From an uncultured Clostridium sp. (lineage in GTDB: Bacteria > Bacillota > Clostridia > TANB77 > CAG-465), in contig CAYZTN010000002.1 in NCBI GenBank assembly GCA_964481385.1, positions 1-46,582 of the forward strand: a stretch of 46,582 nucleotides of DNA, given 5' to 3'. A program made the position numbers and the translations under genes. Position 1 is the stretch's first letter, and each line of letters starts with the position of its first letter. The notes beneath the pieces are model-generated. The model was not told the origin of the DNA. It ran no database searches and was given only the letters and a program-made list of their open reading frames with translations. Shown one piece after another: positions 8,714 to 15,426 of the stretch.

Positions 8714-9838
8714 ATGAAGTTTAAAGACAAAGTATTAAAAGGAAGTACTACCACTCTTCCTAAGCTATTTATATGTACTCCTAGAATATCTGTAGGTGGA
8801 ATGGAAAGAGCATATATAAATATGCTTAATATGAGTAATATTACAAAAAACTATGAAGTATGGGCATATGTGGGATATGTAAAAGATAAAGAATACTTAA
8901 AGGATATTCCAGAGAATGTTCATTTGCATGTTGTATGCAAGAATAAGTGGGTTACAAAAAACAAAATTAAAGCGGTATTTAGTATGTTAAAAGATAGTTT
9001 AACTATGCCGAAATTTAGTAAAGCAATTTGTTTTGGACATAACAATATGTTTTTATCTTTACTTACAAGACGTGCAAGTAGTGATAATGTCATATTTGTA
9101 CATGCAGATTTAGATAGCAGAACTACTAAAGAATTAAGACAGATGAAACGCACTATTAAGTTTGAAAGCTTTAAGAAGGTAGTTTGTGTATCCAATAAAG
9201 TGGCAGACAGCTTCAAAAAGCATTTTTCAAATAAAGACGTTTCGGTTATAAATAACTATATAGACGGAGAGAAAATACTTGCTGAGGCAAATGTACAATT
9301 TGAAGACGCAAACGATATGTCTAGCACACTTTCTTTTGTAAATATATGTAGACAAGAAGAAAAAAGCAAAAAGCTTACTCGTGTAATATATGCTGTACAA
9401 AGGTTAAAAGAAGAAGATTTTAATTTTAAACTATATCTAATAGGCGACGGACCAGATACTGCTATGTATAAGGCCTTGGTGGACAAACTAAATCTAAATG
9501 ACTATATTGTATTTCTTGGACAAAAAACTAATCCTTATCCATATATTAAAAACTCTTCTGCTTTAGTATTTTGCTCAATATATGAAGGATATGGTATTGT
9601 ATTAGACGAAGCAAGAGTGCTAAATACTCCGTTTATATCTACTGATGTAGCTGACGCCTCCCTTATTGCTTCTAAGGGATACGGTATTGTTTGTGCTAAT
9701 TCAGAAGAAGGAATATATAACGGTATGAAGCAGTTTATTAAAGAGGGATACGAAATTAAAGTTCCTTTTGATTACACAAAGTTTAATGATAAAATAACAG
9801 ATGGAATAGATAAATTATTGGAGGATAACAATGCATGA
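8714..9838 (+). CDS. family 4 (GT-B) glycosyltransferase
   Basis: The C-terminal pattern YEGYGIVLDEARVLNTPFISTDV (EX7E-like) and the N-terminal GGMERAYIN are typical of GT4 enzymes. SD GAGGAG lies upstream. Confidence 0.7.
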   Translation: MKFKDKVLKGSTTTLPKLFICTPRISVGGMERAYINMLNMSNITKNYEVWAYVGYVKDKEYLKDIPENVHLHVVCKNKWVTKNKIKAVFSMLKDSLTMPKFSKAICFGHNNMFLSLLTRRASSDNVIFVHADLDSRTTKELRQMKRTIKFESFKKVVCVSNKVADSFKKHFSNKDVSVINNYIDGEKILAEANVQFEDANDMSSTLSFVNICRQEEKSKKLTRVIYAVQRLKEEDFNFKLYLIGDGPDTAMYKALVDKLNLNDYIVFLGQKTNPYPYIKNSSALVFCSIYEGYGIVLDEARVLNTPFISTDVADASLIASKGYGIVCANSEEGIYNGMKQFIKEGYEIKVPFDYTKFNDKITDGIDKLLEDNNA

Positions 9839-10706
9839 AGATAATTTAATTAAGAAGGCTTTTAAAGCCTTTATAGTAGGAGTAGGGAATATAAACGATG
9901 TATGGGCAAATAAAATTATGTATAAAGTCCATACAGGCAAAACACTTAACTTAGACAATCCTGTACTACTTAATGAAAAGCTAATGAAGCTAAAGTTAGA
10001 AGAATATAATAATGATCTGCTTGTTGTAAAATGTGCAGATAAGTATAGAGTTCACGAGTACGTTAAAGACTGTGGCTTAGAACATATTCTAAACCCTATT
10101 ATAGCGGTATATGAGAAAGCTGAAGATATAGATTTTGATAAACTTCCAGATAAGTTTGCCTTAAAATGTAATCACGGTTGTGCCTTTAATATAATATGTA
10201 CAGATAAGTCGAAACTTAATAAAGAGAAGACTGTTAAAACGCTAAATAAATGGCTTAAAAAGAAGTTTGGTAAAGAAACAAGGGAGTTACACTATCTTAA
10301 AATAAAGCCTGTAATTATTTGTGAGAAATACATTGAAACAAATGACGGAGCGCTGCCTAACGATTATAAGCTGTATTGTTTTAATGGCGAGCCAAAACTT
10401 GTACTTACATGTTCTGAAAGAGAAAAGGACTTAAAGCTTAACTTCTATGATTTGAATTGGAATGAGTTAATGTATGGCCACGATAAAAACAGAGCTACAA
10501 AGCCAATTGAGAAGCCTGAGTGCTTAGACCAAATGATAGAATATGCGAAGGTGTTATCTAAACCATTTAAATTTGTAAGAGTAGACTTCTACGACTTAAA
10601 TGGCAAACCTTTATTTGGAGAGTTAACATTTACTCCAGCACGTTGTTCAGCTGCCTATTATAACGATGAGGGAGCAAAGGTGCTAGGGGATATGTTGGAA
10701 GTTTAA
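9831..10706 (+). CDS. TupA-like ATP-grasp protein (teichuronopeptide-type polysaccharide modification)
   Basis: DYKLYCFNGEPKLV...FYDLNWNEL...FVRVDFYDLNGKPLFGELTFTPA matches the TupA-like ATP-grasp pattern. It overlaps the upstream stop by 8 nt. Confidence 0.55.
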   Translation: MHEDNLIKKAFKAFIVGVGNINDVWANKIMYKVHTGKTLNLDNPVLLNEKLMKLKLEEYNNDLLVVKCADKYRVHEYVKDCGLEHILNPIIAVYEKAEDIDFDKLPDKFALKCNHGCAFNIICTDKSKLNKEKTVKTLNKWLKKKFGKETRELHYLKIKPVIICEKYIETNDGALPNDYKLYCFNGEPKLVLTCSEREKDLKLNFYDLNWNELMYGHDKNRATKPIEKPECLDQMIEYAKVLSKPFKFVRVDFYDLNGKPLFGELTFTPARCSAAYYNDEGAKVLGDMLEV

Positions 10707-10721
10707 TATAAAATATACATA

Positions 10722-10755
10722 CTCTTTAGGGAAGTATCCTTAGAGGGTATTTTTA
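10722..10755 (+). terminator. probable terminator ending the polysaccharide locus
   Basis: A 10-bp stem pairs CTCTTTAGGG with CCTTAGAGGG (three G-U pairs) around loop AAGTAT, followed by TATTTTTA. Confidence 0.45.
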
Positions 10756-10840
10756 TGTGCATTGTTGTTTTTATGTTTGACATAAATGTAAGGTCATGGT
10801 AAATTTAATACCAAATCTCAAAAGGAAGGGGTGAGAACAC

Positions 10841-11212
10841 ATGTTTAATAAGTATAAATATATGTATTTATTGCATACACAAAAGGAGCTTTACCAAAAT
10901 ATAGCTAAAAGAAAAGTGCATAAGCCAAGAAAAGTAAGAGATAAAGTATATATACTAAAAGTAAATAGAAGAATATCTAATTTAATTATTTGTTCAGTTG
11001 CTTTTACAATTCGTTCAATGTGGTATTATAGGGTAGAGGATATATCTGTATGGGAATATTTTGATAGAGAAGATTTTGATAAAACATATAACGATTTGAG
11101 ATATTTAGTTTTATATTTAAATTGTAAAAATGAGAGTATATATAAAAATTATTCAAGTCTAACTTGTAGGTTAGATAAGAAAAAGACAAAAGATAAAGTT
11201 AGGAAAAGATAG
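10841..11212 (+). CDS. hypothetical basic protein (weak call)
   Basis: A good SD (AAGGAAGGGG) sits 8 nt before the ATG, but the product has no recognisable motif and low complexity. Confidence 0.3.
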   Translation: MFNKYKYMYLLHTQKELYQNIAKRKVHKPRKVRDKVYILKVNRRISNLIICSVAFTIRSMWYYRVEDISVWEYFDREDFDKTYNDLRYLVLYLNCKNESIYKNYSSLTCRLDKKKTKDKVRKR

Positions 11213-11230
11213 TATGAAAGAGTATGAGTA

Positions 11231-11288
11231 ATAGCATAATTCGAGTGGGAACAGGAGGCAAAAAGGTGTTTCAAGAGAATTATGCTAT
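11231..11288. repeat. perfect 12-bp inverted repeat ATAGCATAATTC / GAATTATGCTAT around a 34-nt spacer that contains AGGAGG
   Basis: Read directly: arms at 11231-11242 and 11277-11288. A short hairpin CAAAATA-GA-TATTTTG plus a T-run follows. Confidence 0.6.
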
Positions 11289-11570
11289 TTCGCAAAATAG
11301 ATATTTTGTTATTTTCAGAGAAGAAACTATTGCAAATAAACCTCTTTTCTGATATTATATAGCTATCAGTACAAATTACAAACTGTTATATGGATAATAC
11401 ATATATTATATATTTACATATTTACATACATATTATTTTAATTATATAATTTATTATATATATTTCCGTATATTATTTGTATATTTGACGCTCTCTCTTG
11501 TGGTTTTACTCAAAATATTGAGATTTGCTTAAATTTGTATTTCAGCCTCTTTTTTCAGAGGTAAAACAAT

Positions 11571-11622
11571 ATGGCTCACTTTCTAAAAGTGTCTTAAAAT
11601 CGATTCTAGAGCGTCGTTTTTT
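11571..11622 (+). repeat. left copy of a 52-bp imperfect direct repeat bracketing the recombinase gene
   Basis: ATGGCTCACTTTCTAAAAGTGTCTTAAAATCGATTCTAGAGCGTCGTTTTTT. It matches 12607-12658 at 43/52 positions (hand alignment, no gaps) and shares an identical 18-nt core CTTAAAATCGATTCTAGA. Confidence 0.8.
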
Positions 11623-11633
11623 TGGAGGTTTTT

Positions 11634-12584
11634 ATGAAAAAGACGGATTTTGAAGATGTTCCTGTTATTATGCAAGATTTCTTGAAAAATTACTTAACTG
11701 TGGCTAAAGGTCGTTCTGCATTAACTGTTAGTGAATATTATTATGACTTAAGAGACATTTTTAAGTTTATAAAACGAGATAAATTTAATATTAAAATTGA
11801 TGATTACAAAGAATTAAATATTTCAGATTTAGATTTAGATTTTTTTAAATCTGTAACTACTGACGAACTTTACGAATATTTGTTTGCACATTCAAATAAA
11901 TCAGTTTCTAGAGCTAGAAAAATTTCTTCAATGAAAACTTTTTTTAATTATTTATGTAATATTAAAAAAGTAATAGATAAAAATCCTTGTGTTGGTTTGG
12001 AAGGGCCAAAATTAGAAAGTAGATTACCAAAATATTTACAGCTAGACGAAGCCCTCTCTCTCCTACACTCAGTTTCTGGAGAATTTCAAGAGCGTGACAC
12101 TGCTATCCTTACTATATTCTTAAACTGCGGCTTACGTTTATCTGAGCTTGTAAATATTAACCTATGTGATATTAAAGGAGATACCCTCACTATTATAGGT
12201 AAAGGAAATAAAGAACGTAGTATTTACTTAAATGACGCTTGTAAAAAAGCTATAAAAGAGTATTTAGTTGTTAGACCAGTAGATAAAGTAAAAGATAAAA
12301 ATGCACTGTTTTTAAGCAAGCAAAACAAAAGAATTAGTCCTAGAATGGTAGAGCTTATGGTTAAAAAGTATATTCAGCTTGCAGGACTAGACACTAGAAA
12401 ATATACTCCACATAAACTAAGACACACTGCAGCAACTCTTATGCACAAATATGGCAATGTTGATGTTTTAACGCTTCAGCAAATATTAGGACATGAAAGT
12501 ATAGCTACTACTCAGATTTATACTCACATAGATCGTGAAGATGTAAAACAAGCTCTAGAAAGCAATCCATTAAACAAAATTTAG
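11634..12584 (+). CDS. tyrosine site-specific recombinase, XerC/XerD family
   Basis: An N-terminal SAM-like domain is followed by a catalytic domain with GLRLSEL (Arg I), HKLRHTAAT (H-x-x-R) and LGHESIATTQIYTH (His/Tyr). ATG 11634 lies 5 nt after GGAGG. Confidence 0.85.
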   Translation: MKKTDFEDVPVIMQDFLKNYLTVAKGRSALTVSEYYYDLRDIFKFIKRDKFNIKIDDYKELNISDLDLDFFKSVTTDELYEYLFAHSNKSVSRARKISSMKTFFNYLCNIKKVIDKNPCVGLEGPKLESRLPKYLQLDEALSLLHSVSGEFQERDTAILTIFLNCGLRLSELVNINLCDIKGDTLTIIGKGNKERSIYLNDACKKAIKEYLVVRPVDKVKDKNALFLSKQNKRISPRMVELMVKKYIQLAGLDTRKYTPHKLRHTAATLMHKYGNVDVLTLQQILGHESIATTQIYTHIDREDVKQALESNPLNKI

Positions 12585-12606
12585 CAAATTTCAGCCATAT
12601 ATTTAC

Positions 12607-12658
12607 ATGGCGTTTTTTCGAAAACTGCCTTAAAATCGATTCTAGAACGTCATTTTTT
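12607..12658 (+). repeat. right copy of the 52-bp imperfect direct repeat
   Basis: ATGGCGTTTTTTCGAAAACTGCCTTAAAATCGATTCTAGAACGTCATTTTTT, starting 22 bp after the recombinase stop. Confidence 0.8.
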
Positions 12659-12668
12659 GTGAAAAATA

Positions 12669-12706
12669 AGATAGGTTATGCAAAAATGGCCTATCTTTAG
12701 TTTTTT
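12669..12706. terminator. bidirectional terminator between the convergent recombinase and LysM genes
   Basis: An 8-bp stem AAGATAGG / CCTATCTT is flanked by A-rich sequence on the left and a T-run (TAGTTTTTTG) on the right. Confidence 0.55.
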
Positions 12707-12713
12707 GTTATTC

Positions 12714-12995
12714 TTAGTATATTGGAACGAAAATTATATCTCCAACATATATAATTGAGTCTGTCATATTGTTTATCTCTTTTATATCATACATTATACG
12801 GTATACATCTGTATTATCTTCATCTACCATTTCATTTGCAATAGACCATAAAGTATCACCTGGCATTACAACAAGCTCTTTTGTTACAAATTCTTTCTTA
12901 GCCAATAGACTATTGAATATAAAATGTAATACCATAATAAATAGGAATAGTATAACTACATTTCTTAATAATAATTTTAAACTACGTTTTTTCAT
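12714..12995 (-). CDS. small membrane-anchored LysM protein, YneA-like architecture
   Basis: N-terminal TM helix (LLRNVVILFLFIMVLHFIF) plus one LysM repeat (VVMPGDTLWSIANEM...IYVGDIIFVP). ATG 12995 follows a GGTGA SD; the track start at 13007 is the GTG inside that SD. Confidence 0.7.
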   Translation of the reverse strand: MKKRSLKLLLRNVVILFLFIMVLHFIFNSLLAKKEFVTKELVVMPGDTLWSIANEMVDEDNTDVYRIMYDIKEINNMTDSIIYVGDIIFVPIY

Positions 12996-13024
12996 ATATA
13001 TCACCAAACCCTTGTTCTGGATAT

Positions 13025-13053
13025 ATTATACAGCAAGTACATTTGTTTGTCAA
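13025..13053 (-). promoter_or_regulatory. consensus sigma-A promoter TTGACA-17 bp-TATAAT for the LysM gene
   Basis: On the minus strand, TTGACA lies at 13053-13048 and TATAAT at 13030-13025. Confidence 0.65.
13036..13049. promoter_or_regulatory. LexA-box-like site 2 (AGTAC-ATTT-GTTTG) overlapping the -35/spacer of the LysM promoter
   Basis: It matches the Firmicute SOS box CGAAC-N4-GTTCG at 7/10 defined positions and shares the GTTTG half with site 1. Confidence 0.3.
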
Positions 13054-13071
13054 CAATTTTATCTAAAAAAT

Positions 13072-13085
13072 CGAATGTTCGTTTG
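13072..13085. promoter_or_regulatory. LexA-box-like site 1 (CGAAT-GTTC-GTTTG)
   Basis: It matches CGAAC-N4-GTTCG at 8/10 defined positions and lies ~20 bp upstream of the -35. Confidence 0.4.
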
Positions 13086-13102
13086 TTTGTTTTATATGAA
13101 AG

Positions 13103-13125
13103 GACTACGGAATTGCTCCGTAGTC
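13103..13125 (-). terminator. terminator hairpin of cassette C (GACTACGGA-N5-TCCGTAGTC)
   Basis: A 9-bp stem starts 5 nt after the stop of 13131-13682. It is related in sequence to the hairpins at 13927-13954 and 14604-14636. Confidence 0.5.
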
Positions 13126-13130
13126 AATTT

Positions 13131-13682
13131 TTATTTAGAACTATATGCTTTGATAATAGCTTTTATTTCCAAGTAGTTTTTCCATCCAGTACCAGAAATC
13201 TTTTTCAATTTTTTATCAGAAATGCCGAATAACTTATCTATGGAATTAATATGTGCACTTTTAAGCGCATTATATGTGCTAACAGAAATAACAATGTTAT
13301 CCATAAACAGGCGTACGTTTTCGGCTTGCCGTTTCGACATAAAGATTTCCATACCGGAAGAGGTACGCATATTTTTAATTGCTTTCAAGTACATTTTGCA
13401 TAATTTATCACGCTCGTAATTTAGTTCTCTTGCAATAGCGCCATATGACTTTGGAGTATTTCCATCAAGGCCATATTTTAATATCAAAATTTTTCTTTCT
13501 AAAGGTTGCAAAGTATTTAGACCTCTCTTCATTGTCGCTATTTTTATTTTTTGACTTTTAGGAGAGCTGAAAAAAGAGTCTCCAACTAGCCGGCGTAAAA
13601 GATTTTCATATCCTATTCTTACTTCTGGAAGATAAGAAAGAGCATCTTCAAAACAACAATCATTCAAAAGCTTCGTTTTCAT
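13131..13682 (-). CDS. divergent sigma-70 region-4 HTH protein with degenerate alpha-CTD-like C-terminus (cassette C)
   Basis: LQPLERKILILKYGLDGNTPKSYGAIARELNYERDKLCKMYLKAIKNMR fits region 4. ISVSTYNALKSAHINSIDKLFGISDKKLKKISGTGWKN fits the alpha-CTD helix-hairpin-helix pattern, but the conserved Arg and NLGKK residues are replaced. Confidence 0.6.
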   Translation of the reverse strand: MKTKLLNDCCFEDALSYLPEVRIGYENLLRRLVGDSFFSSPKSQKIKIATMKRGLNTLQPLERKILILKYGLDGNTPKSYGAIARELNYERDKLCKMYLKAIKNMRTSSGMEIFMSKRQAENVRLFMDNIVISVSTYNALKSAHINSIDKLFGISDKKLKKISGTGWKNYLEIKAIIKAYSSK

Positions 13683-13749
13683 TTTTTCTCCTTTTTGAGT
13701 TTTTCACTCCCATAATTATTTGGTAACGCTAAGTTTAACTTACTTGTAT

Positions 13750-13778
13750 ATTATAACACATTTATGTAAACTATTCAA
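13750..13778 (-). promoter_or_regulatory. promoter of cassette C: TTGAAT-AGTTTACATAAATGTGT-TATAAT
   Basis: Minus-strand reading, 17-bp spacer, TG extended -10. Confidence 0.6.
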
Positions 13779-13926
13779 GCAGTATACGAAATGTTTATAA
13801 CTTAAAATTATTTCCTTAACCGGTGTTCCTTCACTGCTGAAAGCTTTATACTTCCTGACTATCTGAATGCTTGTGTCATTTGGGACGCTTTCAAATGACA
13901 CTGTTTTGCAATATAATAAGCTGCGG

Positions 13927-13954
13927 AAATTACTCCACAGCTTATTCATTTACT
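13927..13954 (-). terminator. terminator hairpin of cassette B
   Basis: TAAGCTGCGGA-AATTAC-TCCACAGCTTA with one mismatch, directly after the stop of 13962-14411. Confidence 0.5.
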
Positions 13955-13961
13955 TGGACCT

Positions 13962-14411
13962 CTATGAATCTGGCTTTACCAATACACTATTAGCATTTTG
14001 TTTTTGCTCATTTTCTAGGTACAAATTTCTTTTGCTAACACTAAATGTAGTAATTTTTGAAGAATGCCGCATCTTTCTTAATGCTTTTACTTCAATTTGA
14101 CGTATACGTCCATGCGTATAACCTAATTTTTGACCAATTGTAGCATATGTCTTTGTAATGCCATCATCAAGACCATATCTCAAAGCAATAACATTTGTCT
14201 CTAACTGAGTCAAAGTTTGTATGCTTTTGGATAATTCGGAAATGATTATCTCATTATCTTTTATTGTTTCAAACGAAGTAACTCCCAATATGGAGCGAAT
14301 AAGAAGAGCATAGCTCTTTAATTCGCGCTCACCATATCCTTCTGTATCAACAAAGATACGCTTCGCGTCTTTGATTACATTTGTCATTCCAAATTCGTTT
14401 TGTGTGTACAT
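13962..14411 (-). CDS. stand-alone sigma-A region-4 protein, no alpha-CTD (cassette B)
   Basis: [53 protein letters not shown] closely resembles primary-sigma region 4.1/4.2. The ORF stops after the linker. SD GAGAGG. Confidence 0.65.
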   Translation of the reverse strand: MYTQNEFGMTNVIKDAKRIFVDTEGYGERELKSYALLIRSILGVTSFETIKDNEIIISELSKSIQTLTQLETNVIALRYGLDDGITKTYATIGQKLGYTHGRIRQIEVKALRKMRHSSKITTFSVSKRNLYLENEQKQNANSVLVKPDS

Positions 14412-14485
14412 ACTAATCCTCTCTTTTTTGGGAGTTTTCCACTCCCGTAATTATTTGGGAATGCAAAAATTTCATTCACATTTAT

Positions 14486-14514
14486 ATTGTATCATATTTA
14501 TGTAAACTCGTCAA
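14486..14514 (-). promoter_or_regulatory. promoter of cassette B: TTGACG-AGTTTACATAAATATGA-TACAAT
   Basis: Minus-strand reading, 17-bp spacer. Confidence 0.6.
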
Positions 14515-14603
14515 GACGTAAATTGTAAAAATACGGTTTCTTTTCTAAACCCTCTTTAGTAATTAGAAATAATATAACTGCTATTGTTTGTTTGCGCGTT
14601 TTG

Positions 14604-14636
14604 CAAAGAAAAGCTACGGAAATTACTCCGTAGCTT
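14604..14636 (-). terminator. terminator of cassette A (AGCTACGGA-N7-TCCGTAGCT followed by a U-run on the minus strand)
   Basis: A perfect 9-bp stem. The minus-strand RNA continues UUUUCUUUGC. Confidence 0.65.
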
Positions 14637-14648
14637 TTTGTTACTTGG

Positions 14649-15272
14649 TTACTTGATAGCAAATTCTCTTTTGCAAGCAATCAATTCTTCGTAACCTTTT
14701 TTACCAAGGTTGCGAACTGTAAACAATTCTTCATCAGAAGTGTTGAGTAATTGTTCTACAGTTGTAATACCTGCACGCATTAAGCAATTGTAGCTCCTTA
14801 CGGAAAGATTAAGTTCTTTCACATTTGCCTCTTGACTTAGTAACGCTCTGGTTTCATTTCGCTTTTGCTCAGCTTCAAGCTGCGAGTTCCTTTTACTTAT
14901 ACAATAAGTAGTAACTCTTGACGGATGACGCATTTTTCTTAAAGCTTTCGCTTCAAGTTGATGTATACGCTCACGTGTGTAGTCAAGCAATTTGCTAATT
15001 GCATCACGAGATTTATACATGCCATCGTCAAGACCGTATCTTAATACAAGAGTAGAAGCCTCTAATGGCGTCAACGTGTAATCGATGGTATCTCTCAATC
15101 TTGAAATAACTATATCGTTATCGTTTATCTTATCAAAAGTATCGATACCGAAAATAGCTTTAGCAAGATTTGCATATGCAAAAACTTCAGCTTCACTATA
15201 GTTTTTTGCATCTGCGAAGATACGAGTAGCCTCTGCAAGCGATTTTGCTCTTTCAAGTTTTTTGGTGTTCAT
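14649..15272 (-). CDS. fusion of sigma-A region 4 with an RNA polymerase alpha-subunit C-terminal domain (cassette A)
   Basis: [53 protein letters not shown] is primary-sigma region 4. [44 protein letters not shown] is the RpoA CTD signature. ATG 15272 follows GAGAGG; the longer track ORF reads through the leader and promoter. Confidence 0.75.
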   Translation of the reverse strand: MNTKKLERAKSLAEATRIFADAKNYSEAEVFAYANLAKAIFGIDTFDKINDNDIVISRLRDTIDYTLTPLEASTLVLRYGLDDGMYKSRDAISKLLDYTRERIHQLEAKALRKMRHPSRVTTYCISKRNSQLEAEQKRNETRALLSQEANVKELNLSVRSYNCLMRAGITTVEQLLNTSDEELFTVRNLGKKGYEELIACKREFAIK

Positions 15273-15342
15273 AATTAACCTCTCTTTTTTTGTTAGTTTC
15301 CACTTCCATAATATTGGAAATGCAAAATTTTTGCTTATATTC

Positions 15343-15371
15343 ATTATATCACATTTATGTAAACTTTGCAA
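15343..15371 (-). promoter_or_regulatory. promoter of cassette A: TTGCAA-AGTTTACATAAATGTGA-TATAAT
   Basis: Minus-strand reading, 17-bp spacer, TG extended -10. Confidence 0.6.
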
Positions 15372-15426
15372 ACTTGCAAAAAGACAGTTCAAAGAAAAAA
15401 CAAGTCTTTAAACTGTCTAAAATCAT

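Noticed and set aside
8326-8754. Long opposite-strand ORFs in the supplied track. Examples: 8326-8754(-), 21039-21497(+), 34506-34898(+), 18035-18388(+), 16454-16928(+), 31083-31415(+), 35487-35789(+), 39417-39767(+).
   Set aside because: Each lies fully inside, and antisense to, a gene with strong family motifs. They have no SD, and their products are low-complexity and rich in Ser/Leu/Ile/Phe. These are typical shadow ORFs of AT-rich coding sequence.
10707-13007. Prophage, ICE or IS element around the tyrosine recombinase.
   Set aside because: No transposase, excisionase, phage structural, replication or conjugation genes are present. The only flanking structure is the pair of 52-bp direct repeats.
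12769-13419. Plus-strand ORFs 12769-13176, 13047-13232 and 13222-13419.
   Set aside because: They overlap the LysM gene, its promoter and cassette C in antisense. They have no SD and no recognisable motifs.
13740-14680. ORFs 13740-13949(-) and 14498-14680(-), and the N-terminal 40 codons of the 247-aa track ORF 14649-15392.
   Set aside because: They run across the promoter, leader and terminator modules of the sigma4 cassettes. The real genes start at SD-preceded ATGs (14411, 15272), so these stretches are better explained as non-coding.
13758-15365. The motif TTATGTAAACT in all three cassette promoters looked like one arm of a Bacillus-type dif (XerCD) site, as I recall that site. This seemed interesting because a Xer-family recombinase is nearby.
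   Set aside because: The sequence 6 bp away does not resemble the second dif arm (about 5/11 matches by eye). The motif is fully explained as promoter spacer, and three dif sites in 2 kb would make no sense.
13131-15392. Horizontal acquisition of the sigma4 cassettes, inferred from G+C content.
   Set aside because: A hand count over 14881-15060 gives about 38% G+C. That lies between the ileS (~37%) and clpX (~42%) samples, so there is no compositional anomaly.
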